Shown here: piece by piece, positions 49,967-59,464 of the stretch
How positions within the stretch are numbered: position 1 is the first letter of the stretch
How the letters are laid out: each line of letters begins with the position of its first letter
Source of the DNA: an uncultured Chloroflexia bacterium
GTDB lineage: Bacteria > Chloroflexota > Limnocylindria > QHBO01
Direction: 5' to 3'
Length of the DNA: 64,000 nt
Assembly (NCBI GenBank): GCA_963827475.1
Contig: CAWHAZ010000002.1
Location: 94,141-158,140 of the forward strand
Program-made: the position numbers and the translations under genes
The notes under the pieces: model-generated
Told to the model about the DNA's origin: nothing
The model's database searches: none
Seen by the model: the letters and a program-made list of their open reading frames with translations, nothing else

Positions 49967-51169
49967 CTACCCCCGCCGCGCCACGTGCAGCTGGGTGGCC
50001 CCGGTCACGCCCTTGAGCTCCACGGGACCGATCTCGGTGAAGGCCGCGCCAGCCCCCTCGGACGCCTCAACCACCGCCTGGCTGACCAGCACCTCCCCCG
50101 GCCGCGCGTAGTCGGCGATCCGGGCCGCCACGTTGACCGTCTGGCCGAAGTAGTCACCCTCCTGGAACAGGACTGGCCCGGCGTGGAGCCCGACGTGCGC
50201 CGGCGGCAGCCCGGCCTCGGCCGCGCCCTCCATCATGTCGAGCGCGGCCACCACCCCCGGACCGGGACTCGCGAAGTAGAACATCACCCCGTCGCCGAGC
50301 CACTTCACCGCGCGCCCGGCGTACTGGGACGAGGTCCGTTGCACCATCCGGCCGAATGTCGTGGCCAGTTCCGCCGCCGCGGCGTCGCCGCGTTCCTGGG
50401 TCAGGCGGGTGTAGCCGGTGATATCGAAGAAGCACATGGCCGGCGGATGCTCCTGGCGGCTGTAGAGCCCGGCCTGGCTCATCACCACTTCTGTTTGCGC
50501 GAGGAGATTCACGGCCCACGTGCGCGACTCATGCGCGTGCTGGAGCGCCTCGAAGGCCTGCTGGTAGACCGGGACGAAGCGCTCGGCGATCTCCTCCGTC
50601 GCGTCGCCCACGTTGCCGGCACTGACCCCCTTCGCCACGAGCGGGGCCATGACCTCCTGCAGCCACCAATCGGCCTGCGCTTGGGCCACCCGACTGAGGC
50701 TGTCGCCCATCACCCGGAGCAACCGTTCGCCGGGTGGGAGGTTCATGGCCTCGGCGACCTGCATCTGGAGCATGGGGACGACGGCCAGCTCGTCTTCGCG
50801 GACCACGTCATCTGGTTGCGGGCTGACCCCGCCCGCCGCCTCCCGGATGACCATCAGCGACTCCACCGGGACGCCGGTCGAAGCGCTGAGCTCACGGAAC
50901 GTGACCGAGCTCATGGCGGCAAAGCGCTCGTAGATCGGGTGGTCCAGGAAGGCCAGGGACGCCTCGCCGCTGAGGAGGACCTTGCTCATGCCCTCACGCG
51001 GCACGCCCGCTCGCTCGAAGGTCTGGAGGATGCCGATCCGTCGAACGTCGCCGGCCGAGAATCGGTCGCCCTCGCCTGGCGTGAGCACGCCGAGCTCGAC
51101 GTACTCGTTCAGGTCGTCGAGCGAAACCCCGGCCTTGGTGGCGGCCTCCTGGCGGGAAAAGTCGGGCAC
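49967..51169 (-). CDS. Class III adenylate cyclase with N-terminal HTH-like regulatory region
   Basis: FFDITGYT, VKWLGDGVM, GLHAG, GDYFGQTVNVAAR, ELKG. Confidence 0.9.
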   Translation of the reverse strand: MPDFSRQEAATKAGVSLDDLNEYVELGVLTPGEGDRFSAGDVRRIGILQTFERAGVPREGMSKVLLSGEASLAFLDHPIYERFAAMSSVTFRELSASTGVPVESLMVIREAAGGVSPQPDDVVREDELAVVPMLQMQVAEAMNLPPGERLLRVMGDSLSRVAQAQADWWLQEVMAPLVAKGVSAGNVGDATEEIAERFVPVYQQAFEALQHAHESRTWAVNLLAQTEVVMSQAGLYSRQEHPPAMCFFDITGYTRLTQERGDAAAAELATTFGRMVQRTSSQYAGRAVKWLGDGVMFYFASPGPGVVAALDMMEGAAEAGLPPAHVGLHAGPVLFQEGDYFGQTVNVAARIADYARPGEVLVSQAVVEASEGAGAAFTEIGPVELKGVTGATQLHVARRG

Positions 51170-51199
51170 GCCCTCTAGCCTACCCGGCCGGCGAGAAGG

Positions 51200-51631
51200 T
51201 CAGATCGGCAGGAGGACGGCAACGACAGCCACTGCGAGACCGATGAGCACCGATGCCAGACCGATCTGGTTCGACCGTCGCCGGTCTCGGGCGCGGGCCG
51301 CCTCGTCGACGACGCTTTCCGTGCTTCCCAGCCGCCCGAAGTTGTACACGCCCAGCCTCCCAAACCCGGCGCAGAACTTCAGCCACGCCTGGAGGTAGCC
51401 CGATGCGGCGCCGGCCGCCGGGATGAACAGGAACAGGCGCACGAGCGGCGGAACACCCAGCACGACCATCGCCACGAACAGCAGCAGCGTGATCGCGAGC
51501 CCAACGTGCCCGGCTCGCCGTCGGCGGGCGATCTCCTCCGGACCGATGTTGCAGACGCCCGCCTGGTACTCGACCGGGAACCGCGAGATCCGGGGCGTGC
51601 CGGGGCTGCTGGCTGCCGCGAGGGTGTTCAT
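51200..51631 (-). CDS. Hypothetical membrane protein
   Basis: YQAGVCNIGPEEIARRR followed by TM segments and QA..KFC. Confidence 0.7.
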   Translation of the reverse strand: MNTLAAASSPGTPRISRFPVEYQAGVCNIGPEEIARRRRAGHVGLAITLLLFVAMVVLGVPPLVRLFLFIPAAGAASGYLQAWLKFCAGFGRLGVYNFGRLGSTESVVDEAARARDRRRSNQIGLASVLIGLAVAVVAVLLPI

Positions 51632-51682
51632 GTCGGTAAGCCTACTCTGGACCGGCCGTCGCGACCGACCCGATGCGAGCGG

Positions 51683-52090
51683 CTAGTTCGGCGACACGAC
51701 GTCGAGTCCGAGCTCGCGGGCCGCCGCCGCCTGGCGGGCGTCGTAGGTCACAAACGCGTCCAGATCCTCCCTGATGACCATGGCCGAGGCGAGGTGGATG
51801 GCATCCAGCGACCGCAGACCCAGCGGCTCGATCCCGCCTGCCCGGCCAGCGACCTCCTGATCCAGCTCGACGTACTCCAGGAGCTGGAGGATCGATCGCG
51901 CCTGGTCCAGTGCCTCGTCCACATCCCGGGGGTTCGCCCTGGCCACCGCCCGGATGACCTCCACGGCCACGATCCGGCTACTGAGGCGCGTCCGCTGCGG
52001 AGCCAGAAACGCCTCGAGGGATTCGGACTCAGCTTCCATGACCACCAGCTTTACGGCGGCCGATGCATCGAGGTAGACCCGGCCGGTCAC
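51683..52090 (-). CDS. VapC/PIN-domain toxin
   Basis: VYLDASAAVKL, LRSLDAIHLASA, FVTYDAR. Confidence 0.92.
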   Translation of the reverse strand: MTGRVYLDASAAVKLVVMEAESESLEAFLAPQRTRLSSRIVAVEVIRAVARANPRDVDEALDQARSILQLLEYVELDQEVAGRAGGIEPLGLRSLDAIHLASAMVIREDLDAFVTYDARQAAAARELGLDVVSPN

Positions 52091-52392
52091 CTCGTGTCTT
52101 CTTCGCGCATCTCGCGCAGCACGTCAGAGAGCCGCTTCCCGGGCAGTGGCGGCAACGGCTCGGGAATCTCATCCCATGGTCGAGCCGCCGGCGTGATCCG
52201 CCCCTCGGCCACGAGGCGTTCATAGGTCGACGTCGACCGGTCCGGCAACGGCGTCAGACGGGCAACGGGCTCCCCGCGCTCGGTGACCTCATACGCTCGT
52301 CCGTCCTCCCGCACATGCCTGAGGTAGACCGATAAGTTCTGGCGCAGCTCGCGCACTCCAACTCGAAGAGGGCGCTGCTTCCCGTCGTCCAT
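52087..52392 (-). CDS. Phd/YefM-type (VapB) antitoxin
   Basis: VGVRELRQNLSVYLRHV..EVTERGEPVARLTP; GTGA overlap with the toxin. Confidence 0.9.
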   Translation of the reverse strand: MDDGKQRPLRVGVRELRQNLSVYLRHVREDGRAYEVTERGEPVARLTPLPDRSTSTYERLVAEGRITPAARPWDEIPEPLPPLPGKRLSDVLREMREEDTR

Positions 52393-52456
52393 GACGCACA
52401 ACGGTAGCACATCCGCTCCGTCCACCCTGCCAACGCCTGACGTCTAGACTCGCGCC

Positions 52457-52963
52457 ATGCGCGAGACGCCGGAGGAGGTCGCGGAGCTCCAGCGGCTGAT
52501 CGACGCCACGATGGCGAACATCAATCCCCACTTCGCGGCCATCGTCACGCCCAAGCGGCGGCTGACCGCCCAGCAGGTCGTCACCCATCTCCAGGGCACG
52601 CGGATCGTGGCCTTCGGCACCGTCAACGCCAAGGGCGAGCCCCGCGTCTCGCCGCTGGACTCGCTTTTCATCCACGGCCGATTCACGCTGTCGACCGATG
52701 AGACGGCCACCCGTATCGGTCACCTCCGGGCCAATCCGGCCTGCTCGGCGGTCTACATGGAGACCGACCAGGTCGGGGTCGTCGTGAACGGGACGGTGGA
52801 GTGGATCACCCGCGACCACCCCGACCACGAGGAGATCCACGGCGCGTGGACGGCGAACTACGGCTCGGACCCGTACAGCTGGGGCAACGTCGTCTTCTTC
52901 CGGATCCAGCCCACCTCGATGTGGGCGTACGCGTTCAAACCCAAGGAGTTCCCCGCGGAGTAA
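52457..52963 (+). CDS. Pyridoxamine 5'-phosphate oxidase-like (split-barrel) protein
   Basis: GTVNAKGEPRVSPLD, HLRANPACS. Confidence 0.82.
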   Translation: MRETPEEVAELQRLIDATMANINPHFAAIVTPKRRLTAQQVVTHLQGTRIVAFGTVNAKGEPRVSPLDSLFIHGRFTLSTDETATRIGHLRANPACSAVYMETDQVGVVVNGTVEWITRDHPDHEEIHGAWTANYGSDPYSWGNVVFFRIQPTSMWAYAFKPKEFPAE

Positions 52964-52986
52964 CGCCTGTTGGGACCCTCCATCGG

Positions 52987-53412
52987 TCAACTCGCGGTCA
53001 GCAGACCGATGCCCAGCGCTGACACCCCGATCGCGAGCGAGACCGTCCCTGCGTAGAGGATCCAGATCAGGGCATTGGGCTCCGTTCGACCGCCGCCGGC
53101 TGAGCTGAGGAAGAAGCCGACCGGCATGAGGATGGCCGCCAGGGGGATGCCGCCCCGGGCGATCGACGCCAGCGGTTCGCCCATGCCGGCCACATCGGCG
53201 TAGAGGAGAGCGACCAGGGACAGGATCACGAGCACGCCCGCGTGGGCGTGCCCAGCCCGCGAGAAGGTGATCTGAAATGGCGTCGCCTTCGCTCGCCCGC
53301 GGATCAGCGACAGCATGTAGTAGCCACCGGACTCCACGAGGACGATGGTCAACAGCAGGATCCCGGCGGTGGTGAAGGTCGCGCTGGAGACGGTGAGTGC
53401 CATCGGGGACAT
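52987..53412 (-). CDS. Small membrane protein with RAGHAHAG motif
   Basis: Four hydrophobic segments; FSRAGHAHAGVLVIL; LMPVGFFLS. Confidence 0.7.
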   Translation of the reverse strand: MSPMALTVSSATFTTAGILLLTIVLVESGGYYMLSLIRGRAKATPFQITFSRAGHAHAGVLVILSLVALLYADVAGMGEPLASIARGGIPLAAILMPVGFFLSSAGGGRTEPNALIWILYAGTVSLAIGVSALGIGLLTAS

Positions 53413-53506
53413 CCTCCTGAGCTGGTGGAAAACGCCAGTATCCCGCGCTGCAAGGCCGCGATCGACGGCGAGGGGTCGCGCCTTTGCCTCGCGCTAGAGT
53501 AGGCGC

Positions 53507-54703
53507 GTGGCGGACTACCCCCGTGACGAGGCGGCCGAGCGGGCGGGAATCACCCTCGCCGAGTTCGACAGGCTGGTCGAGCTCAGCATCCTCAGCCCGT
53601 CCGAGGGCGATCGGTTCACCTCTGCGGACATCCGGAAGGCGGAGATGGCGCACAGCCTGGCTGCGGCTGGGATCGGCGTCGAAGACCTGGCTGGCGCCCT
53701 CCAAAGTGGCGCTCTGTCGCTCGACTTCGTCGGAGCGCCCTCGTACGAGCGGTTCACCGCGCTGAGCGACCTCACCTTCAGCGAGGCGAGCCGCCGGACC
53801 GGTGTCCCGGTCGAGCTGTTGATGGTCATCCGTGAAGCGGCGGGCCTGGCGCAGGCCATGCCAGACGACCGGATCCGCGAGGGAGAAATGGACATCGTGG
53901 CCTTCCTCGAGCTCGGGACGGAGATGGGTTTTCGGCAGCCCGCCATGGAGCGTTTCCTGCGGGCCGCGGGGGACAGCCTGCGCCGCGTCGCTGAGATCGA
54001 AAGCGAGTGGTGGAACAGTGAAGTGGTGGAGCCTCGTCTGGCGGCCGGCGCGAGTGCGAGCGAGATTGCGGAATTCGACAGCGATGGACGGCTGACGGAC
54101 CTCACCGACCAGGCCCTGCTGTCCATCTACCGCGCCCATGAGACGCACGCGTGGACGGCGAACATCATCGACGGCTTCGAGGTCGTGCTGGCGCAGACCG
54201 GCGTGCTGCGACGGGTGGAGAAACCTCCCGCGGTGTGCTTCCTGGACATCACCGGCTACACCCGCCTGACCCAGGAACGGGGCGACAAGGCTGCTGCGGA
54301 GCTGGCTGATCAGCTCACGCGGCTCGTGCATCGGTCCACCCTGCAGCACGGCGGCAGGCCGGTGAAATGGCTGGGCGACGGGGTGATGTGCTACTTCGCC
54401 AATCCCGGGCCAGGTGTCCAGGCCGCGCTGGACATGGCCGACGGCGTGACCGATGCCGGGCTCCCGCCCGCGCACGTCGGCCTCCACGCGGGGCCGGTCG
54501 TCTTCCAGGGTGGTGACTACTACGGGCAGACGGTGAACCTTGCGTCACGGATCGCCGAGTACGCCCGCCCCGGGGAAGTCCTGGTCAGCCAGGCCGTGGT
54601 GGACACTGCCGACGGAGCGACTGTTGCCTTTACCGATATCGGCGAGGTCGAGCTCAAGGGGGTGGCCGGGACCGTGCACCTGCACTCCGCCCGCCGCGCC
54701 TGA
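53507..54703 (+). CDS. Class III adenylate cyclase with N-terminal HTH-like regulatory region (paralog of 49967-51169)
   Basis: FLDITGYT, VKWLGDGVM, GDYYGQTVNLASR, ELKG. Confidence 0.9.
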   Translation: MADYPRDEAAERAGITLAEFDRLVELSILSPSEGDRFTSADIRKAEMAHSLAAAGIGVEDLAGALQSGALSLDFVGAPSYERFTALSDLTFSEASRRTGVPVELLMVIREAAGLAQAMPDDRIREGEMDIVAFLELGTEMGFRQPAMERFLRAAGDSLRRVAEIESEWWNSEVVEPRLAAGASASEIAEFDSDGRLTDLTDQALLSIYRAHETHAWTANIIDGFEVVLAQTGVLRRVEKPPAVCFLDITGYTRLTQERGDKAAAELADQLTRLVHRSTLQHGGRPVKWLGDGVMCYFANPGPGVQAALDMADGVTDAGLPPAHVGLHAGPVVFQGGDYYGQTVNLASRIAEYARPGEVLVSQAVVDTADGATVAFTDIGEVELKGVAGTVHLHSARRA

Positions 54704-54730
54704 GTCTTGGCACGATCGGAGGCGTCGGCA

Positions 54731-55837
54731 GTGACCGTCCACCAGCTGAGCCGAGACGAGGCGCGACGGATTGCCGTCCAGGCCCAGCTGCTGGACGCGC
54801 CTCGGCCGACCGATCTGCTGGCGGTCATCCACCAGCTCACCCTTCTCCAGATCGATCCCACCGCGGCCGTGGCGCCCAGCGCGGACCTGGTGGCCTGGAG
54901 CCGCCTGGGATCGGCCTATCAGCCGGCCCAGCTCAGGCAGGCGCTGGAGGTGGACCGGACCCTGTTCGAGTTCGATGCCATGATCCGGCCGATCAGCGAC
55001 CTGCCCCTCTATTACCGCCAGCGGAGCTCGGCCTGGTTCGAGTCCGACAGGCCCCGGAACTGGATGGCCGCCAATGACCGATTCCGGCGTGACATCCTGG
55101 ATCGGCTCCGCGACTCCGGCGCGCTTATCTCGCGCGACATCCCGGACACCGCCCAGGTGCCATGGCCCTCGAGCGGCTGGTCGGACAACCGCAACGTCAC
55201 CCAGATGCTCCAGTTCCTGATGATGCGCGGCGACGTGGCGATCGCCGGGCGGCGGGGGCCGGAGCGGGTGTGGGACCTGCCCGAGCGGGTGTATCCCGCC
55301 GGCGTGGTGGCCATCCTCGAAGACGAGGCGATACGGCTCCGCGGCGAGCGACGGCTCCGCTCGCTGGGCATCGCGCGGGTGAAGAGCCAGAAGCAGGGCA
55401 CGGAGCCGATCGACGTCGGAGCGGTCGGCGAGGAGGCCGTGGTCGCAGGCGTGAAGGGGACCTGGCGAGTGGACCCCGAGGCCGTGACGCGGGTCCGGAG
55501 CCAGCCATTCACCGGCCGCACCGCGCTCCTGTCGCCGTTCGATCGGCTCACCTACGACCGGAAGCGGTCCATCGAGCTGTTCGACTTCGAGTACGCCCTC
55601 GAGATGTACAAGCCGATGGAGAAGCGGCGCTGGGGCTTCTTCGCGCTCCCCATCCTGTTCGAGGACCGGCTCATCGGGAAGGCCGATATCACCGCCGATC
55701 GCAAGGCCGGAGTCCTCCGCGTGAATGCCCTGCACCAGGACGTGAAGTTCACCAGGGCCATGACCGATGGCATCCGTCGCGAAATCGACGACCTCGCCGC
55801 CTGGCTGGGCCTAACTGTTTCGGAGGGGCGCCGGTGA
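54731..55837 (+). CDS. YcaQ-type crosslink-repair DNA glycosylase (HTH_42)
   Basis: LLQID motif, WSRLG, WDLPER, LLSPFD, EMYKP..KRRWG.FALPIL. Confidence 0.88.
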   Translation: MTVHQLSRDEARRIAVQAQLLDAPRPTDLLAVIHQLTLLQIDPTAAVAPSADLVAWSRLGSAYQPAQLRQALEVDRTLFEFDAMIRPISDLPLYYRQRSSAWFESDRPRNWMAANDRFRRDILDRLRDSGALISRDIPDTAQVPWPSSGWSDNRNVTQMLQFLMMRGDVAIAGRRGPERVWDLPERVYPAGVVAILEDEAIRLRGERRLRSLGIARVKSQKQGTEPIDVGAVGEEAVVAGVKGTWRVDPEAVTRVRSQPFTGRTALLSPFDRLTYDRKRSIELFDFEYALEMYKPMEKRRWGFFALPILFEDRLIGKADITADRKAGVLRVNALHQDVKFTRAMTDGIRREIDDLAAWLGLTVSEGRR

Positions 55838-57795
55838 CCGGAGCGACCGGGAGCGGCCGCGAGGCGCTCGACATCCTGCCTCCGCACAGCCGGGCGGCGG
55901 TTCATCGGGCCCGAGTGCCCGATTGGACCGACCCCATGCTGGCCACCCTCACCAACGACCGGTTCTCCGACCCCGACTGGCTCTTCGAGCGCAAGCTCGA
56001 CGGCGAGCGCTGCCTCGCCTTCTGCAGGAAGGGCCGGGTCATGCTCAAGTCGCGGAACCAGAATTTGGTCAGCCACGCGTACCCCGAGATCGTGGCCGCG
56101 CTCGAGAAGCGGCGCACCACGGACGACTTCATCGTCGACGGCGAGATCGTGACCTTTGTCGGGACCCAGACGAGCTTCCAACAGCTCCAGCGCCGGATTC
56201 ACCTGCGAGCGCCGGACCGGATCATCCGGTCATCGGTACCCGTCGTCTACTTCCTGTTCGACCTCGTGCACCTGGGCGCGTATGACGTGACCGATGTCCC
56301 ATTGGTCGATCGGAAGGCGGTGCTCAGGCAGGCGTTCACATATCGGAGCCCACTCCGCTTCTCGACCCACCGCATCGGCCGGGGGGAGCGGTTCTTCGAC
56401 GAGTCCTGCCGGCGCGGCTGGGAGGGGATCATCGCCAAAGACGGACGCAGCCCGTACAGCCACGGCCGGTCGAAATCGTGGCTGAAGTTCAAGTGCTCGT
56501 TCGGCCAGGAGCTGGTCATCGGCGGCTATACCGATCCGAAGGGCAGCCGCTTCGGCTTTGGCGCCCTCCTGGTCGGCCACTACGACGGTGACCGATTGGT
56601 TTACGCCGGCAAGGTCGGAGCCGGCTTCGGCACGGCCACCCTGCGTGACCTCACCGCGCGCCTGCAGGCGCTCGAGACCGATGCCTCGCCGTTCGCCACG
56701 GTTGGTGCCGCTCGCCGGGACGTCGCGGGCGAGGCGGTCCACTGGGTGCGACCCAAGCTCGTGGGCCAGTTCGCGTTTTCGGAGTGGACCGCAGAAGGCC
56801 GCCTGCGCCACCCCCGGTTCGTGGGCCTCCGCGACGACAAGGCCGCGCGGGAGGTGGTGCAGGGAGCGGCCGACAGGATGACGCCTGCACCCGATTCCGG
56901 CTCTTCCATCCGCCTCGGTCGGCACACGATTCGGGTGACCCATCCCGAGCGGGTCCTCTTCCCGGACGCCGGCATCACGAAAGGCGAGATCGTCGAGTAT
57001 TACCGGCGCATCGCCCCGGTCATGCTGCCGTACCTGCGCGGTCGCCCGCTGATGCTCCAACGGCTGCCGGAGGGTCTGGCAGGACCGATGATCTACCAGA
57101 AGCACGCGTCGGCCCACTTCCCGACCTGGGTGCATCGGGTCACGGTGGTCAAGCAGGGCGGTACGGTCACCCACGCAGTGGCCGATGACGCCGCCACCCT
57201 CGTCTATCTGGCCAACCAGGGCTGCATCACCCCGCACGCCTGGCTCAGTCGGGCCGACGATCCGAACCGCCCGGACCGCCTGATCATCGACCTCGACCCG
57301 AGCACGACCGACGTCGAGGACGTCCGGTTCGCGGCTCGGCTCGCACGGGAGGTCGTGACCGACGCCGGCCTGATCCCCTACCTCATGGCCAGCGGATCGC
57401 GCGGCTTCCACCTCGTCGTCCCGCTCCGCCGCGAGGGAACGTTCGAGGACCACCGCGTCGTGGCCAGCCAGTTGGCCGATGTCCTGGCCCAGCAAGCTCC
57501 GGCACGACTCACCACCGAGCCGCGGAAGGCGAACCGAGGCCACCGGCTGTACCTCGACATCGGGCGAAACGCGTACGCCCAGACGGCGGTGGCGCCCTAT
57601 GCCGTCCGCGCCCGGCCGGGTGCCCCGGTCGCCGTCCCGCTGAGCTGGGATGAGCTCGATGTGGCGCGGCCCGACGGCTGGTCCGTCAGGACGGTCTTCG
57701 ATCGCCTGGACCGGATTCCCGATCCGTGGCTGGGCTTTGCACGCCACGCCCGGTCACTCGATGCCGCCCGCCGCTGGCTGGCACGCCAGGCGTGA
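55834..57795 (+). CDS. ligD: LigD ATP-dependent ligase domain followed by LigD polymerase domain (in frame here; possibly two genes, second starting 56878)
   Basis: PMLA, FERKLDGER, VDGEIV, EGIIAK, WLKFK, LRHPRF.GLRDDK; then THPERV.FP..ITK, DLDP, SGSRGFH, VAPYAVRARPGAPVAVPLSW. Confidence 0.9.
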   Translation: MTGATGSGREALDILPPHSRAAVHRARVPDWTDPMLATLTNDRFSDPDWLFERKLDGERCLAFCRKGRVMLKSRNQNLVSHAYPEIVAALEKRRTTDDFIVDGEIVTFVGTQTSFQQLQRRIHLRAPDRIIRSSVPVVYFLFDLVHLGAYDVTDVPLVDRKAVLRQAFTYRSPLRFSTHRIGRGERFFDESCRRGWEGIIAKDGRSPYSHGRSKSWLKFKCSFGQELVIGGYTDPKGSRFGFGALLVGHYDGDRLVYAGKVGAGFGTATLRDLTARLQALETDASPFATVGAARRDVAGEAVHWVRPKLVGQFAFSEWTAEGRLRHPRFVGLRDDKAAREVVQGAADRMTPAPDSGSSIRLGRHTIRVTHPERVLFPDAGITKGEIVEYYRRIAPVMLPYLRGRPLMLQRLPEGLAGPMIYQKHASAHFPTWVHRVTVVKQGGTVTHAVADDAATLVYLANQGCITPHAWLSRADDPNRPDRLIIDLDPSTTDVEDVRFAARLAREVVTDAGLIPYLMASGSRGFHLVVPLRREGTFEDHRVVASQLADVLAQQAPARLTTEPRKANRGHRLYLDIGRNAYAQTAVAPYAVRARPGAPVAVPLSWDELDVARPDGWSVRTVFDRLDRIPDPWLGFARHARSLDAARRWLARQA

Positions 57796-57832
57796 CTTAG
57801 GCGTCTCACGCTCTTAAGCGTGTGCGGACGCG

Positions 57833-58576
57833 TTACGAGGCGCTTTCGTGCAGCCCCGATCCGTCGGGGTCCCGCTCGAGGATCCGCTCCAAGCCGAAGA
57901 CGATCAGGTCGACCGTGTTCCGCCACCAGCGGTCCGGGTCGCTGAGCCAGACCTCGGCCATGTCCTCCGCGCTTTCGACGAGGTTCGGGAATTCGTCGCG
58001 CGGCAGGCTCAGCTGTGAGAGCGCGAACCCCCGTCGCATCAGGTCGAGCTGGTGGGCGTCGCGCGGCAGGGGCGCGCCCTGCCGGAGGAGCAGCAGGTAC
58101 CCCGCGAGGAGGCCCGACAGCATGCGGATCTGGACGATCGCCTCGCGTCGCCCAAATCCCGCCTCGAGCAGGATGGCCAGGAAGTCCTCGAGCACCTTCC
58201 AGATGGCCGGGGTGCCCTCGCCGCTGTAGGCGATGCTGAGCGGAAGGGCAAGCGGACGCGCGTCGAGCTGCTCCTTGTAGTTGTTGATCCCCAGGCGCAG
58301 CCGTTCGGTCCACGTCATCTCGGGTCGAAACCCAACGGTGGGGTCGATTCCTTCAAGGACAGCCTCCGTCATCGCGTTGACGAGATCCTGCTTGTCGCGA
58401 ACGTGGCGGTAGAGGGCCATCGGCGTAACCCCGAGCTCCTGCGCGAGGCGCCGCAGACTGACCGCCTCGAGGCCTTCGGCGGTGCCGATCTCGAGCGCCC
58501 GGGCCACGACGGCCTCACGGGTCAGGCCGGGCCGTCCTCGCGCCTGCACCTGCTCTGTGGCGTCCATCTCATTCAT
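57833..58576 (-). CDS. TetR family transcriptional regulator
   Basis: LTREAVVARAL..EGLEAVSLRRLAQELGVTPMALYRHV.DKQDL. Confidence 0.92.
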   Translation of the reverse strand: MNEMDATEQVQARGRPGLTREAVVARALEIGTAEGLEAVSLRRLAQELGVTPMALYRHVRDKQDLVNAMTEAVLEGIDPTVGFRPEMTWTERLRLGINNYKEQLDARPLALPLSIAYSGEGTPAIWKVLEDFLAILLEAGFGRREAIVQIRMLSGLLAGYLLLLRQGAPLPRDAHQLDLMRRGFALSQLSLPRDEFPNLVESAEDMAEVWLSDPDRWWRNTVDLIVFGLERILERDPDGSGLHESAS

Positions 58577-58579
58577 CGC

Positions 58580-58628
58580 TTGACAAGTATACGCCGCATA
58601 CCTACACTGCCCGCTAGTCTACGCCGTA
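58580..58628 (+). promoter_or_regulatory. Sigma70 promoter with two putative TetR operators
   Basis: TTGACA-17-TACACT; TACGCCGCA (58590) and TACGCCGTA (58620). Confidence 0.7.
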
Positions 58629-58645
58629 TGCAGACGGAGATAACA

Positions 58646-59464
58646 ATGGATCAGATCCAGATGACAGCCAATCAAGGCCAGGGGCCTGCGATCCACGTGC
58701 AGGGCCTGGAGAAGTCGTACAAGGAGCTGCACGTGCTGCGCGGCGTGGACTTCGACATCGCGCGGGGCAGCATCTTCGCCCTGCTCGGCTCGAACGGGGC
58801 GGGCAAGACCACGATCGTGAACGTCCTGTCCACGCTGCTCAAGGCCGACGCGGGGACTGCCAGCGTCCACGGCTTCGATGTCGCCACGCAGGGTGCGGAC
58901 GTGCGGCAGTCCATCAGCCTCACCGGACAGTTCGCGGCCGTCGACGAGATCCTCAGCGGGCGCGAGAACCTCGTGCTGGTCGCCCGGCTGCGGCACCTCG
59001 AGGACCCGGGCAAGATCGCGGATGACCTGCTCGCTCGCTTCGCGCTGACCGATGCGGCCGCGCGGAGGGTGTCGACCTATTCGGGCGGCATGCGCCGCCG
59101 CCTCGACATCGCGATGAGCCTCATCGGGAATCCGCCGGTCATCTTCCTCGACGAGCCGACGGCCGGGCTCGACCCCCAGGGGCGCCTCGAGGTGTGGCAG
59201 GCCGTCACGGAACTCGCCAAGCAGGGCACGACGGTGCTGCTCACGACGCAGTACCTGGACGAGGCCGAACACCTCGCCGACCGGATCGCGATCCTCCACG
59301 GGGGTCGGATCATCGTGAACGGCACCCTCGCCGAACTCAAGCAGCTGCTCCCGCCCGCCACGGTCGAATACGTCGAGAAGCAGCCGACCCTCGAGGACGT
59401 CTTCCTCGCCATCGTCGGCGACAGCGGCCAGGGCAGCAGCGACAACGCGGAGGAACGACCATGA
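58646..59464 (+). CDS. ABC exporter ATP-binding protein
   Basis: GSNGAGKTT, YSGGMRRRLDIA, LDEPT, TTQYLDEAE. Confidence 0.92.
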   Translation: MDQIQMTANQGQGPAIHVQGLEKSYKELHVLRGVDFDIARGSIFALLGSNGAGKTTIVNVLSTLLKADAGTASVHGFDVATQGADVRQSISLTGQFAAVDEILSGRENLVLVARLRHLEDPGKIADDLLARFALTDAAARRVSTYSGGMRRRLDIAMSLIGNPPVIFLDEPTAGLDPQGRLEVWQAVTELAKQGTTVLLTTQYLDEAEHLADRIAILHGGRIIVNGTLAELKQLLPPATVEYVEKQPTLEDVFLAIVGDSGQGSSDNAEERP

